This document shows positions 38,337-50,532 of a stretch of 64,000 nt of DNA, one piece after another. The notes below the pieces were generated by a model. The model saw only the letters and a program-made list of their open reading frames with translations, ran no database searches and was not told the origin of the DNA. Within the stretch, counting starts at the first letter, position 1; each line of letters starts with the position of its first letter. A program made the translations under genes and the position numbers. This DNA comes from an uncultured bacterium (GTDB taxonomy: Bacteria > Bacillota_I > Bacilli_A > RFN20 > CAG-826): NCBI GenBank assembly GCA_949295325.1, contig CASFKG010000002.1:76047-140046 (forward strand), read 5' to 3'.

Positions 38337-38882
38337 ATGAGATTGCCCTATCTGTCCGGGGCACCTTTTTCGCCCGAGGACTTCCTTGACAAGATAATAC
38401 CCAATTTCTGGTCTTTCCTGATCCAGCTTCTGGCTCTTGCGGCTTTGATCGTGGCCGTCTACTTTTTGGCGTACAGGCCATTGAGGAAACTCATAGCCAA
38501 GCGCCGGGAGTACGTCGAGGAAAACCTGGACGGGGCCAAGCAGGCCAGGAAGAAGGCCGAGGCCGCAGAAAGGGAAGCCGTTCACCGCAAAGACGACGCG
38601 AAAGCCGAGGCCGCCGCCATAGTGGCAACCGCCAAGGCCGAAGCCAAGAAGGAAGCGGAGGGCATTTACCGCGAGGGCAGGGAAAAGCTGGAAAAGGCCG
38701 AAGCCGAAAGCCGCTCGAGGATAGCCAAGGAAGAGGAAGACGCGAAGAAGGAACTGAAGCGGGCCGCCGCCTCATTGGCCATGGACGCCACCGGCCGGCT
38801 GTTGAAGGAGAAAGTCGATTCCGCCAGCGACAGGAAACTGGTCGAAGGCTACATCGACGAACTTTCGGATGAGGGAAAGTAA
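38337..38882 (+). CDS. atpF: F0F1 ATP synthase subunit b
   Basis: N-terminal TM helix followed by a long charged coiled-coil (KKAEAAEREAVHRKDDAKAEAAAI…). Confidence 0.8.
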   Translation: MRLPYLSGAPFSPEDFLDKIIPNFWSFLIQLLALAALIVAVYFLAYRPLRKLIAKRREYVEENLDGAKQARKKAEAAEREAVHRKDDAKAEAAAIVATAKAEAKKEAEGIYREGREKLEKAEAESRSRIAKEEEDAKKELKRAAASLAMDATGRLLKEKVDSASDRKLVEGYIDELSDEGK

Positions 38883-39423
38883 GGCTGACATCGCGAGGGC
38901 CCTCGGACAGGCCTATTACGAGGCGCTCTGCGAAGGCGGGACTTTGAAGGAGGGCTACGAAGCCTTCTTCCGCCTCGAGGAGCTGCTACGGGAAGTCCCT
39001 TCGCTAAAAGACGCCCTTTCCGGATACGGCGACGGGGAAGAGGAGGCGTTGCTACTAGGTGAAGTCCGATCCTCCATCGGCGGGCCAAGGGAATTCGCCA
39101 ATTTCCTAAAAATCGCCCATTCTCGGAAACTATTCGGGCGTTTTGCGGACATTTCGCACGTCTTCGGAAGACTCGCCGACGAGGCACTCGGCATATGGAG
39201 CGGAACGGTCTATTCGGCCCACCCCCTGTCGGAGATTGAAAGAAACGGCATCCTCGCCGCGCTCGAAAAGGAAACGGGGCGGGAACTCTCGCTCGAATTC
39301 AAGGTGCAGGAAGGACTCCTCGGGGGCTTCAGGGCCTACGTGGGGGGAAAATGCTACGACTATACCCTCGAAGGCTCGCTGAAGCGGCTTTCGGCGGATT
39401 TGCTCAGGGAGGCAGAGGTATGA
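38869..39423 (+). CDS. atpH: F0F1 ATP synthase subunit delta
   Basis: 184 aa, OSCP/delta-like, sitting between atpF and atpA and overlapping both. Confidence 0.8.
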   Translation: MRESKADIARALGQAYYEALCEGGTLKEGYEAFFRLEELLREVPSLKDALSGYGDGEEEALLLGEVRSSIGGPREFANFLKIAHSRKLFGRFADISHVFGRLADEALGIWSGTVYSAHPLSEIERNGILAALEKETGRELSLEFKVQEGLLGGFRAYVGGKCYDYTLEGSLKRLSADLLREAEV

Positions 39424-40924
39424 AATTCGACGTATCCAAGTTGGCGGCGTCGCTTAAGAAGCAGATAGAAGGCTTCGAGGACAAGGGCCGCAAGGGCGAA
39501 GTCGGGCGCGTGATAAGCATCGGGGACGACATCGCTTCGGTCTACGGGCTCAAGGACGCCATGCTCGGCGAGCTCCTGCTATTTCCCGAAGACAGGTACG
39601 GCCTCGTGATGAACCTCGGGGAAGACAGCATCGACTGCGCGCTCATAAGCGGCGAAGGCAACATCAAGGAAGGCGACGAGGTCAAAAGGACGAAGAGGGT
39701 CGTCGAGGTACCGGTGGGCGATGCCTTGCTCGGCCGCGTTTTGGGCGCCCTCGGAAACCCGATAGACGGCAAAGGCCCCCTCGGCAACACCGCGACCCGG
39801 CCGGTCGAAAGGGTGGCCCCGGGCATCATGCGCCGCCAAAGCGTCGATACCCCGATGCTCACCGGCATCCGGGCCATCGACGCGATGATCCCGATCGGCC
39901 GCGGCCAAAGGGAGCTGATTATCGGCGACCGTCAGACCGGCAAGACCTCGATTGCCGTCGACGCGATAATCAACCAGAAGGGAAAAGGCGTGAAATGCAT
40001 CTACTGCGCGATAGGCCAGAAGACGTCATCCGTCGCCTACCTTGCCAAGCAGCTCCGGGACGCGGGGGCCATGGAATATAGCCTAATCGTCAGCGCGACG
40101 AGCAGCGAGCCGGCTCCCCAACTCTATCTCGCCCCCTATAGCGCGATGGCCATGGCGGAAGAGTGGATGGAAAAGGGCGAGGACGTCCTCATCGTCTTCG
40201 ACGACCTTTCGAAGCATGCGGTGGCCTACCGTACGCTTTCGCTTCTGCTCAGGCGCTCCCCGGGCCGCGAAGCCTATCCTGGCGATATCTTCTATCTCCA
40301 CAGCCGTCTTCTCGAAAGGGCCTGCCGCCTCAACGCGGAAAACGGAGGCGGTTCCATCACCGCGCTTCCCATCGTCGAAACCCAGGAAGGCGACATCTCG
40401 GCCTATATTCCGACGAACGTCATTTCGATTACCGACGGCCAGATCTACCTGACCTCGGATTTGTTCAACGCCGGCCATAGGCCCGCCATCGACTCCGGAT
40501 TATCGGTCAGCCGCGTCGGTTCCTCCGCCCAGCATCGGGACATGAAGGAAGTAGGCGGAGGGCTCAAGATTGAGCTCGCTTCCTACCAGGAAAACCTTTC
40601 CTTCGCCCAATTCGGGAGCGATTTGGACGCTTCGACCAAGGCCATTTTGACCCACGGGGCGGTGCTCGAGGCCTCACTCATCCAGAAAAACGGCGCGCCC
40701 GAGGCCGAGGAAAAGCAGGCCCTCTTGCTTTATGCCTGCAAGGCCGGGTATTTCGATGCGGTTCCTCCTAGCGAGGTAGCATCGCTTCTCGAAGAATACT
40801 TCGACTACCTGGAAAACGCCGCCCCGGAAGCCGTAAGGGAAGTCGCGGAGAGCCATGAACTGGGCGACTCCGTCAAGGAAAGGATCAGGGAAACCGCAGC
40901 CGATTTCCTGAAAAACAGGCAATA

Positions 40925-40925
<1 letters not shown>
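39420..40925 (+). CDS. atpA: F0F1 ATP synthase subunit alpha
   Basis: GDRQTGKTSIA P-loop and conserved alpha-subunit blocks. ATG 39420 overlaps the atpH stop. The ORF as called carries a 23-aa spurious extension. Confidence 0.95.
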
Positions 40926-43175
<2,250 letters not shown>

Positions 43176-43176
<1 letters not shown>

Positions 43177-43487
43177 TGTTCGACTACGAGTTTTCGAGAC
43201 TCGACGAACCCATCAGGGGGAAAGCCGATTCGGTATACATGGAGGCCACCAAGGGCCCGCTCGGCATTTATACCGGCTATGCCGACTATGCCGGCATGCT
43301 CCGGAGTCCCCTTTCCGCGGTCAGGGTTACTTTAAATGCCGTCGATACCTATTATCTGGCCGAAGGCGGCGCCTTCGTTATAAAGGACGGGACCCTGAAC
43401 GTGATCAGTCCATCTTTCAGAAAATGCAAGGACAGGCAAGAGGCCGTAGGCCTATTGTCCAAAAGCGGCTATAATCTCTTGCTGTAG
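43176..43487 (+). CDS. atpC: F0F1 ATP synthase subunit epsilon (short form, 103 aa)
   Basis: Position after atpD. It has an N-terminal beta-sandwich-like sequence, and the C-terminal helical hairpin appears absent. Confidence 0.65.
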
Positions 43488-43498
43488 GGAGAAAAACC

Positions 43499-44722
43499 AT
43501 GAACTTCATATTCATTTCTCCGAATTTCCCGGTCCGCTACTTCAAGTGGGTCGAGGCCTTGGCCGACCACGGCGTGAACGTCCTCGGAATCGGCGATTCG
43601 CCGACCTACGACGTCCATCCGCGCCTTTCGCGTGCCCTTAAGGAGTACTACTTCGTCAAGGACCTTTCGGATTATCCGAAGATGCTCGAGGCCTGCCGGT
43701 ACTACGAAAAGAAGTACGGGAAGATAGATTTCATCGAATCCGACAACGAGTGGTGGCTCGAAAGCGACGCGAAGCTAAGGGAAGACATGGGGGTCAACAC
43801 CGGCTTCCATCCCGGCGAAATGCGGCACATCAAGGCCAAGTCGGCCATGAAGACCTGTTTCAACAAGGCCGGGGTCAAGACCATGCGCTACGTTTTGGCC
43901 GACGGACCCGACGATCTCGGGAAGGTGCTCGATTTCGCTTCGACGGTCGGCTACCCGCTCTTCGCCAAGCCCGACGTCGGGGTAGGGGCCAACGATTCCT
44001 ATTCGCTCAAAGACGAAGCCGCCGTCCGGAAAATGCTGTCCAAGAGGCTTCCCGAAACCTACATCATCGAAGAGAAGATCGACGGCATCATCGTTTCCTT
44101 CGACGGCATATGCAACAGCCGTTCCGAAGTTGTTTTCGCCACCAGCGACCACTTCATGACCCCGATTGCCGACGTCGTCAACGAAGACACCGATTACTAC
44201 TATTTCAACAATCCCTTCTCCCTTCCTTTCCACGACGTCGACGGGCAGGAATTCTACAGGAAGGGATGCGAGGTCGTGAAAAGTTTCGGCATCCGCAGCC
44301 GCTTCTTCCATATCGAGTTCTTCGTTTTGGCGAAGGACAAGCCCGGCTTCGCCGGCATGGGGGAGTTCGTCGCCCTCGAGTGCAACATGAGACCGCCGGG
44401 AGGCTACACGCCCGACCTCATCGACTACGCGAACTCCGTATCGTGCTACGAGATATACGCCGACGTCATCTGCTACGACGAGAACCGGCAGGACATGGGA
44501 AAGACGAAGTACTATGCCTTCGCCAGCGCCCGCAAGGACAACATCGCTTACCTCCATAGCGAGCGGGAAATATTCGACCGCTACGGGGACAAGATCTGCA
44601 TGCACGGCCGTTACCCGGAGCACATGGCCAGGGCCATGGGCGACATCTACTACTACGGCAAGTTCACGGACTTCGAAGAGGGGAAGAAATTCGCCGCCTT
44701 CGTGGCCGAAAGGGCTAAATGA
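43499..44722 (+). CDS. ATP-grasp domain protein (carboxylate-amine ligase-like), function unknown
   Basis: 407 aa with central ATP-grasp-like blocks (GYPLFAKPDVGVGANDSY…; …FFHIEFFVLAKDKPG…ALECNMRPPGG). It starts 11 nt after atpC. Confidence 0.55.
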   Translation: MNFIFISPNFPVRYFKWVEALADHGVNVLGIGDSPTYDVHPRLSRALKEYYFVKDLSDYPKMLEACRYYEKKYGKIDFIESDNEWWLESDAKLREDMGVNTGFHPGEMRHIKAKSAMKTCFNKAGVKTMRYVLADGPDDLGKVLDFASTVGYPLFAKPDVGVGANDSYSLKDEAAVRKMLSKRLPETYIIEEKIDGIIVSFDGICNSRSEVVFATSDHFMTPIADVVNEDTDYYYFNNPFSLPFHDVDGQEFYRKGCEVVKSFGIRSRFFHIEFFVLAKDKPGFAGMGEFVALECNMRPPGGYTPDLIDYANSVSCYEIYADVICYDENRQDMGKTKYYAFASARKDNIAYLHSEREIFDRYGDKICMHGRYPEHMARAMGDIYYYGKFTDFEEGKKFAAFVAERAK

Positions 44723-45494
44723 TCAGCGAGGCACCTTCGCCAAGGGGTGCCTTTTCCTTTCCGACCTTGATGTAGGCTTCGTAGCTTTCGAGGCCGAATT
44801 CCTGCAATGCGGCAAGGTCCCCTTCCTCATAGAGGAAAATACCAGCGGTACCGTCAAGCTTCGGATATATTTCCGACATGAAGGTCATCCGTCCTTCCTC
44901 GTCCCCTTTGGCCAGCAGGACGAGCGGAGCGGAAGGATATTCGCCCGCAAAACTCACGAAACTAGTTTCCTCGTCGAAGAAGTAGCGGCCGCTCAGTTCG
45001 CAATCCCTCTTCAAAAGGCTGTTCAGGAGGTTGCCGTTCCAGTCGCCGGCCGGTCTGCCCCGGATGTTGAGCCTCTCGATCCTGTCTTCGTCAAGCAAAA
45101 AGAAACCCGGCGTGAATATCTCTTCCTCCGAAAGCCCGTAACGGGAGGCGATGGCCGCCGCGTTTCGCATGAATTTGGCGTTTTCCCATTCGTCCAGGCT
45201 GTTGGTGAAACTGAATATAAGCGGCTTGTCGATGTTCGCGAACTCGGAGTAGGCGTCCTCGAGCATAAGGCAGGGATAGCAGTTTTTCCCAAGCAGCGCG
45301 AGATACACGTCCATTCCGGCATCGACCATCGACAAGACGGTCGCGGCATCGGTTTCGACGGCGACATCGCTATATCCCCGTCTTTCCCCGTAAAGAAGAT
45401 CGCCGTTCCGGTCGATGACGAATCCCTTTTCCCGATAGCAGGATGTAAGAAGGAGCGGTAGGGCCGCGAGGACAAAAAACGACTTTCTTTCCAT
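44715..45494 (-). CDS. thioredoxin-fold lipoprotein with a CxxC motif
   Basis: Signal/lipobox MERKSFFVLAALPLLLTSC, and a CYPC motif (LLGKNCYPCLMLED). The start was moved to ATG 45494. Confidence 0.5.
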   Translation of the reverse strand: MERKSFFVLAALPLLLTSCYREKGFVIDRNGDLLYGERRGYSDVAVETDAATVLSMVDAGMDVYLALLGKNCYPCLMLEDAYSEFANIDKPLIFSFTNSLDEWENAKFMRNAAAIASRYGLSEEEIFTPGFFLLDEDRIERLNIRGRPAGDWNGNLLNSLLKRDCELSGRYFFDEETSFVSFAGEYPSAPLVLLAKGDEEGRMTFMSEIYPKLDGTAGIFLYEEGDLAALQEFGLESYEAYIKVGKEKAPLGEGASLII

Positions 45495-45501
45495 GTCACG
45501 A

Positions 45502-46281
45502 TTATAGCACGGGCGCGCTTTCGGAATGGATCCCGAAGGCCTTGACTTTGTCCATGGCAATCGCTAGGAAGGCGCTGTTCCCGGTTGCCTTGTAACGCAA
45601 GAGGGCCCAGTAGTACCAGAGGGCATCGAGAAAGGGGGAGAGGGAGAGGACCTCGGAAGTCTCCTCCTTGCTCGGGGTTCTCCCGAAATAGCCGGTCAGG
45701 AGAGCCTTGGACAAGTCGGGATCCTCTATTCCGTTTTCGCTTAGGACGCTGTTCAGATCGAAAAGCGGGAGATTGGTTCCCGCGAACTCCAAGTCGAGGA
45801 GGACGATTCTTCCGCCGGGGGTTTCGAGTACGTTCCCCTCCACCAGGTCGTTATGGCATGGACGGGTTCCGTATTTGGCCAGAAGGCTTTCGAATACGGA
45901 GACGGCCGCATCGACTTTTCCTTTGTCCAAGTAAGGCCCTTCTGCATGGTTTTCATAGTACTTGAGGCGCCTAACTGCGTAGAATCCGCCTATGTCGCCT
46001 GATTTATATCCATGCAGTTTCCGTATCGTCCGGCCGAGTTTTTCCAATTGTCCGGCGGTGGGGGCCGAAAGGAATTTCCTTCCGTCTATATATTCCTCCA
46101 CGTAGTCCCCGTTATCTTCGTAGCGGTAAACCCGCGGGAATATATCGCCTTCCCCCAAGGCATATGTTTTCCTTTCGTTTATAGCCGAAAAGAAATCCGG
46201 GTCGCTATCCAGTTTCTTCCGGTAGACGAAGCCTTTGTCCCTGTATATCAGGTTATTCAATCCGCCGCCCAGTTCTTCCAT
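45502..46281 (-). CDS. phosphotransferase (APH/choline-kinase-like) family protein
   Basis: Brenner motif HNDLVEGNVL and DLEFA(G) from the catalytic/activation loops of the aminoglycoside/choline kinase fold. Confidence 0.6.
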   Translation of the reverse strand: MEELGGGLNNLIYRDKGFVYRKKLDSDPDFFSAINERKTYALGEGDIFPRVYRYEDNGDYVEEYIDGRKFLSAPTAGQLEKLGRTIRKLHGYKSGDIGGFYAVRRLKYYENHAEGPYLDKGKVDAAVSVFESLLAKYGTRPCHNDLVEGNVLETPGGRIVLLDLEFAGTNLPLFDLNSVLSENGIEDPDLSKALLTGYFGRTPSKEETSEVLSLSPFLDALWYYWALLRYKATGNSAFLAIAMDKVKAFGIHSESAPVL

Positions 46282-47684
46282 CAGCGTTTGACGCCCGCTT
46301 CGTGGAAGGCCTTCAGGTATTCGTCCGGTATCTTCTTAACGAAAAGGGATTTGTATTTTCCCACGATCGCCTGTCCCGGGACGTTTCCTTTCCTGACGTC
46401 GCCCCTAAGGGCAACCATGACTTCGCCTTCGTCCCTTCCGGAGGCATAGACCGCCAGGCAGGCGGCGAATTCGGTCTCCTCCTCCGTGGGGGTTTCCTTC
46501 CTGATTACCACGTGCGGTCCGGTCGAGTCCTTGACATGGAACCACAGGAACCGCGGGTTCTTGCAGAAAGCAAAGGTCAGGGCGTCGTTTTCCCTGGCCG
46601 TGTGGCCGTAGTAGGCCTTGAGGGCGCCCATTGCCACGAGCCTGGGAAGAACCAGTCGCGATTTGCTTTTCTTCTTTTTTCTCTCATCCGCCGGCTCGCC
46701 GAGCATTTCCTCGAGGGTTTCCTCGTCGAGGTCTTCGTAAACGGCAAGCCGCGAAGCCACCTGTTCGAGTTCCCTTTCGGCTTTTTCCCGGTTGACCTTT
46801 ATATTGGCGAGGCTCGTTTTCGCCTTCTTGGCACGCCGGTAGTACCTTTCGGCGGCGGTGCTGATCTTTTCCTTCGGATCGAACGGGTATTCCCTTCCTT
46901 CGTAGGAGAGGATTCCCTTTTCGGCATCGAGTCCTTCCCCGACGTAGAAGGCATCGCCGATTTCCCCGTCGCCGATGTGGCAGAGGGCTTCCTTTTCGTC
47001 TTTGTCGAAGGCCGAAAGCTTCCTTATCAGGAGCTTCTCCCTTCTTTTGTCTTCTTCGATGAGGCTGCCGTATCTGTCCCGGCGGCGTTCCGAATCGATT
47101 TCCCTTTCCTTTTCCGCGGCCTGCTTTTCGTATAGTCCGAATTCGCTTGGGTCGACGGGCCCGCCTTCGGCAAACGGGCATTCGGGCGGCACGTAGGAAA
47201 GGCCCCGTATAAGCGGCCTTTCCGAATCGAGGGGAGACGGTCTATAGGCCGTGAGTATTTTCCCGTCTTCGTTCAAAAGGACGAGATTGGCCCTTTTCGG
47301 GAGTCCTTCGTAGACCAGCGTCCTTTCGATTTCGCGGTAGGCGGCGTCGTTGACGAGGCAATCGAAGGCCAGAACCCTGTCGTGGCCGAGCCGCCTCACG
47401 GATTTGACGAACGCGTTTGGCAGTTCCTTCTTGACGACATCGAGGAAAGGGGATTCGAAACCCCGGCATTTCCTGGCGTTTTTCGAAAGATAGACCATCG
47501 GCGATACCGCGTCCAAGGCGAAGACAAGGCGCGAGTACCCAGAACCCGAGACGGCGAAACAAAGGGCCTTTTTGGCGTAGAGCATCGGCCTCGCGAGGTG
47601 GTGGCCGCCGAGGGCGGCATCTAGTTTCTTCGACAGCAAATCGTAAAAAGGCGCGCGGAAATTCACCGCTAGACTATAGCACAT
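46281..47684 (-). CDS. NFACT-family protein (RqcH/FbpA-like, short form)
   Basis: N-terminal NFACT-N-like region, plus a C-terminal DUF814/NFACT-R motif (NPRFLWFHVKDSTGPHVVIRKE…EFAACLAVYAS). Confidence 0.55.
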   Translation of the reverse strand: MCYSLAVNFRAPFYDLLSKKLDAALGGHHLARPMLYAKKALCFAVSGSGYSRLVFALDAVSPMVYLSKNARKCRGFESPFLDVVKKELPNAFVKSVRRLGHDRVLAFDCLVNDAAYREIERTLVYEGLPKRANLVLLNEDGKILTAYRPSPLDSERPLIRGLSYVPPECPFAEGGPVDPSEFGLYEKQAAEKEREIDSERRRDRYGSLIEEDKRREKLLIRKLSAFDKDEKEALCHIGDGEIGDAFYVGEGLDAEKGILSYEGREYPFDPKEKISTAAERYYRRAKKAKTSLANIKVNREKAERELEQVASRLAVYEDLDEETLEEMLGEPADERKKKKSKSRLVLPRLVAMGALKAYYGHTARENDALTFAFCKNPRFLWFHVKDSTGPHVVIRKETPTEEETEFAACLAVYASGRDEGEVMVALRGDVRKGNVPGQAIVGKYKSLFVKKIPDEYLKAFHEAGVKR

Positions 47685-47714
47685 TTGCCTTAAGGCCCCA
47701 AAAAGGCCTATAAT
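47685..47714 (+). promoter_or_regulatory. sigma70-type promoter of gmk (TTGCCT-18 nt-TATAAT), leaderless-type
   Basis: -35 at 47685-47690 and -10 at 47709-47714. The ATG lies 11 nt downstream with no RBS. Confidence 0.5.
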
Positions 47715-47725
47715 CCCATAAATAG

Positions 47726-48313
47726 ATGGCTAAGCGGGGACTTTTGATAATACTGAGCGGACCCAGCGGGGTAGGCAAGGGGACCGTCAGGATGGAACTG
47801 ATGAAGGACGAAAGCCTGAAGCTCTACTATTCGGTGTCGATGACGACCCGCAAGATGAGGCCCGGCGAAGTCGAAGGCCGCGAGTATTATTTCGTGAGCG
47901 AAGACGAATTCAAAAAGAACGTCGAGGAAGGGAACCTTCTGGAGTGGGCGAAGTTCGTCGGGAATTACTACGGCACCCCGAAATCCATCGTCGAGAAGAT
48001 GAGGGACGAAGGAAAGAACGTCCTTTTGGAAATAGAGGTAAGCGGCACCCTGCAGGTTCTCGGCAAGCTCCGGGACGACAAGGGGCTGATTTCCATTTTC
48101 CTCGTGCCCCCGAGCATCGAGGACCTCGAGAACCGCATAAGAGGCCGCAAGACCGAAACCGAGGAAATGATCGCCGAAAGGCTAGAGAAAGCCCGGGGCG
48201 AGCTCCGCTGCGGGCACTATTACCAGCACGAAGTCGTCAACGACGACTTGGCACGGGCCGTCGGGGAGATAGCCTCCCTCATCAAGGCCCGCATGGCCGA
48301 TGACGATCGTTGA
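47726..48313 (+). CDS. gmk: guanylate kinase
   Basis: GPSGVGKGT P-loop, 195 aa. Confidence 0.9.
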   Translation: MAKRGLLIILSGPSGVGKGTVRMELMKDESLKLYYSVSMTTRKMRPGEVEGREYYFVSEDEFKKNVEEGNLLEWAKFVGNYYGTPKSIVEKMRDEGKNVLLEIEVSGTLQVLGKLRDDKGLISIFLVPPSIEDLENRIRGRKTETEEMIAERLEKARGELRCGHYYQHEVVNDDLARAVGEIASLIKARMADDDR

Positions 48314-50495
48314 GGTCCTGACCGAAATAGGGAAAAGGGGCCTGATGCGCCCCTTTAGCTATCTTTACGACGGAAAGCAGCCGATCGGGCCCCGCTTCCG
48401 CGTCATCGTCCCTTTCGGCGGCCGCGAGATCATGGGATTCGTCACCGGTGTCCGCCAGACCGGCTTTTCAAAAGAAGAACTCGAAAGCCAGCTTGGGCAC
48501 GAACTCCGCTTCGTGTCGTCGGTCATCGACCGGGAGCCGCTGCTCGGGGACGAACTCATGGAACTGGCCAAAAGGGTAAGCGACTATTACATGTCGCCCC
48601 TCGTGACCGTTCTTCAGGCCATGCTCCCGAAGTCGCTTTCACCCCGCAGATCCTCCCTCAAGGCCCCGAAGATCGCCTATGAAAAATGGGTCAGGACGGC
48701 AAAGGAAGAGGTTCCATCCCTTACCCCAAGGCAAAGGGAATGCCTGAGGCTTGTCTCACGCAACGGGGAAGTGAGGAAAAAGGAAGCCGGCACGCCATCG
48801 GTCGTCAAGACATTGGTAGACAAAGGATATCTACGCGAGTTCAGCAGGGAGCGCCCCCGTTTCCATATACCCGAAGCCGAAAGGGAACAGGCCCACGAAC
48901 CGACGGTCGACCAGCAGAAGGCCATAGAGGAGATACTCTCTTCCGGGAAGAAGACCGTCTTGCTGCAAGGCGTCACCGGTTCCGGGAAAACGGAAGTCTA
49001 CCTTAGGCTGAGCGAGCATTTCCTCCGGGAAGGCAAGAACGTTTTGATGCTGGTCCCCGAAATATCGCTTACGCCGGTCATGGTCGAATATTTCTCGAGG
49101 CGTTTCGGCAGCATCATCGCGATTCTCCATAGCGGCCTTACGCCCGCCGAGAAATACGACGAGTACCGGCGCATAAAAAGGGGAGAGGCCCGAATCGTCG
49201 TCGGGGCCAGAAGCGCCGTATTCGCCCCCCTCGGCAACATAGGTCTGATCGTCATCGACGAGGAACACGTCGATAGCTACAAGCAGGACACGCCCCCTTA
49301 TTACCACGCCCGCGAAGTGGCGAAGATGCGTTCCGAGATATCCGGGGCGAAGGTCGTTTTGGGCTCCGCCACCCCGAGTCTGGAAACCAAGGCAAGAGCC
49401 GTAAAAGGGGTATACGGCTTTGCCGAGCTCAAAAGGAGGATTTCGAGCCAAGGCCTTCCCTCGACCACGATAGTCGACATGCGTGAGAAGTCCTCGCGCG
49501 GCAGCGAAAAGCACATTTTCAGCGCGGAACTCATAGCAAAGATCAGGGAAAAGCTCTCCAGGCACGAGCAGATAATCCTCTTGTTGAACAGAAGGGGCTA
49601 TTCCTCTTTCATAACCTGCGAGTCCTGCGGCTATATCTTCGACTGCCCCAACTGCGGCGGCCACCTTACCTACCATAGGGAAGACGGGATGCTCAAATGC
49701 CACCACTGTGACTTCCTCATGGATTTCCCGGCCCGCTGCCCCGAATGCGGCTCGGCCTCCTTGGCCCGCGTGGGTTTCGGGACGGAGCGCGTCATGAAGG
49801 AAATAGGGGTGCTTTTCCCGGACGCCAAGGCGGAAAGACTCGATAGCGACTCCGGGAAGGTCGCCAAAGCCGCCTCCGGCATAACCAGGAGGTTCCACGA
49901 CCACGGGTTCGACATACTCGTGGGAACGCAGATGATTGCCAAGGGGCACGATTTTCCGGACGTCACTTTGGTCGGAGACGTTCTGGCCGACATCGGGTTG
50001 GGCCTGCCGAGTTACCGTTCCTCGGAAAGGACCTTCAACCTCATCGCCCAGGCGGTCGGGAGGGCCGGGAGGGCCGAAAAGAGGGGAGAGGCGATAATCC
50101 AGACCTACAACCCGAACCACTACGCGATAGTCTTCGGGGCCAGGCAGGATTACGAAGGCTTCTTCGGCCGGGAGATGCTCTCGCGCCGCTCCTACGGCTA
50201 TCCCCCATACCGGAACCTCATAACCCTGACCTTCCTTTCCGAGAAGGAGGAGAAGGCCGCCGAATTCGCCGCCGATTTCCGGGAAATGGCCCTGAAGCAG
50301 GGCTTCGCGGACGTCGAAATCGTCGGTCCCGGTACTCCTTTCCTTGCCTTCTTCGCCGGGCGCTACCGCCGGACGTTGCTTTTCAAATTCAAAAAGAGTG
50401 AGGATTTGCGAAGATTTCTCTATTCGGAAACGCAAAGGCTTTCCGGAAAATCGGGGGTTGAAATAGAAATAGAAGTTGACCCCTTAGATTCCTAG
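48300..50495 (+). CDS. priA: primosomal protein N' (replication restart helicase PriA)
   Basis: Walker A (GVTGSGKTEVY), DEEH box (VIDEEHVDSY), and a Zn-binding Cys cluster (CESCGY…CPNCGG…CHHCDF…CPECG). Confidence 0.9.
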   Translation: MTIVEVLTEIGKRGLMRPFSYLYDGKQPIGPRFRVIVPFGGREIMGFVTGVRQTGFSKEELESQLGHELRFVSSVIDREPLLGDELMELAKRVSDYYMSPLVTVLQAMLPKSLSPRRSSLKAPKIAYEKWVRTAKEEVPSLTPRQRECLRLVSRNGEVRKKEAGTPSVVKTLVDKGYLREFSRERPRFHIPEAEREQAHEPTVDQQKAIEEILSSGKKTVLLQGVTGSGKTEVYLRLSEHFLREGKNVLMLVPEISLTPVMVEYFSRRFGSIIAILHSGLTPAEKYDEYRRIKRGEARIVVGARSAVFAPLGNIGLIVIDEEHVDSYKQDTPPYYHAREVAKMRSEISGAKVVLGSATPSLETKARAVKGVYGFAELKRRISSQGLPSTTIVDMREKSSRGSEKHIFSAELIAKIREKLSRHEQIILLLNRRGYSSFITCESCGYIFDCPNCGGHLTYHREDGMLKCHHCDFLMDFPARCPECGSASLARVGFGTERVMKEIGVLFPDAKAERLDSDSGKVAKAASGITRRFHDHGFDILVGTQMIAKGHDFPDVTLVGDVLADIGLGLPSYRSSERTFNLIAQAVGRAGRAEKRGEAIIQTYNPNHYAIVFGARQDYEGFFGREMLSRRSYGYPPYRNLITLTFLSEKEEKAAEFAADFREMALKQGFADVEIVGPGTPFLAFFAGRYRRTLLFKFKKSEDLRRFLYSETQRLSGKSGVEIEIEVDPLDS

Positions 50496-50496
50496 T

Positions 50497-50515
50497 CTTT
50501 GTGATATACTATCAC
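50497..50515 (+). promoter_or_regulatory. 19-bp palindrome TTGTGATA-TAC-TATCACAA embedding a TATACT -10
   Basis: Perfect 8-3-8 inverted repeat immediately after the priA stop. It is 18 nt upstream of ATG 50533. Confidence 0.4.
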
Positions 50516-50532
50516 AACGTGAGGACGTCAAA

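Noticed and set aside
39351-39419. Extended starts for atpA (39351), addA (28180), glgC (56741), pepP (23049), copZ-like (9337) and the lipoproteins
   Set aside because: The conserved N-termini and RBSs indicate downstream ATGs. The extensions overlap upstream genes and translate to nonsense.
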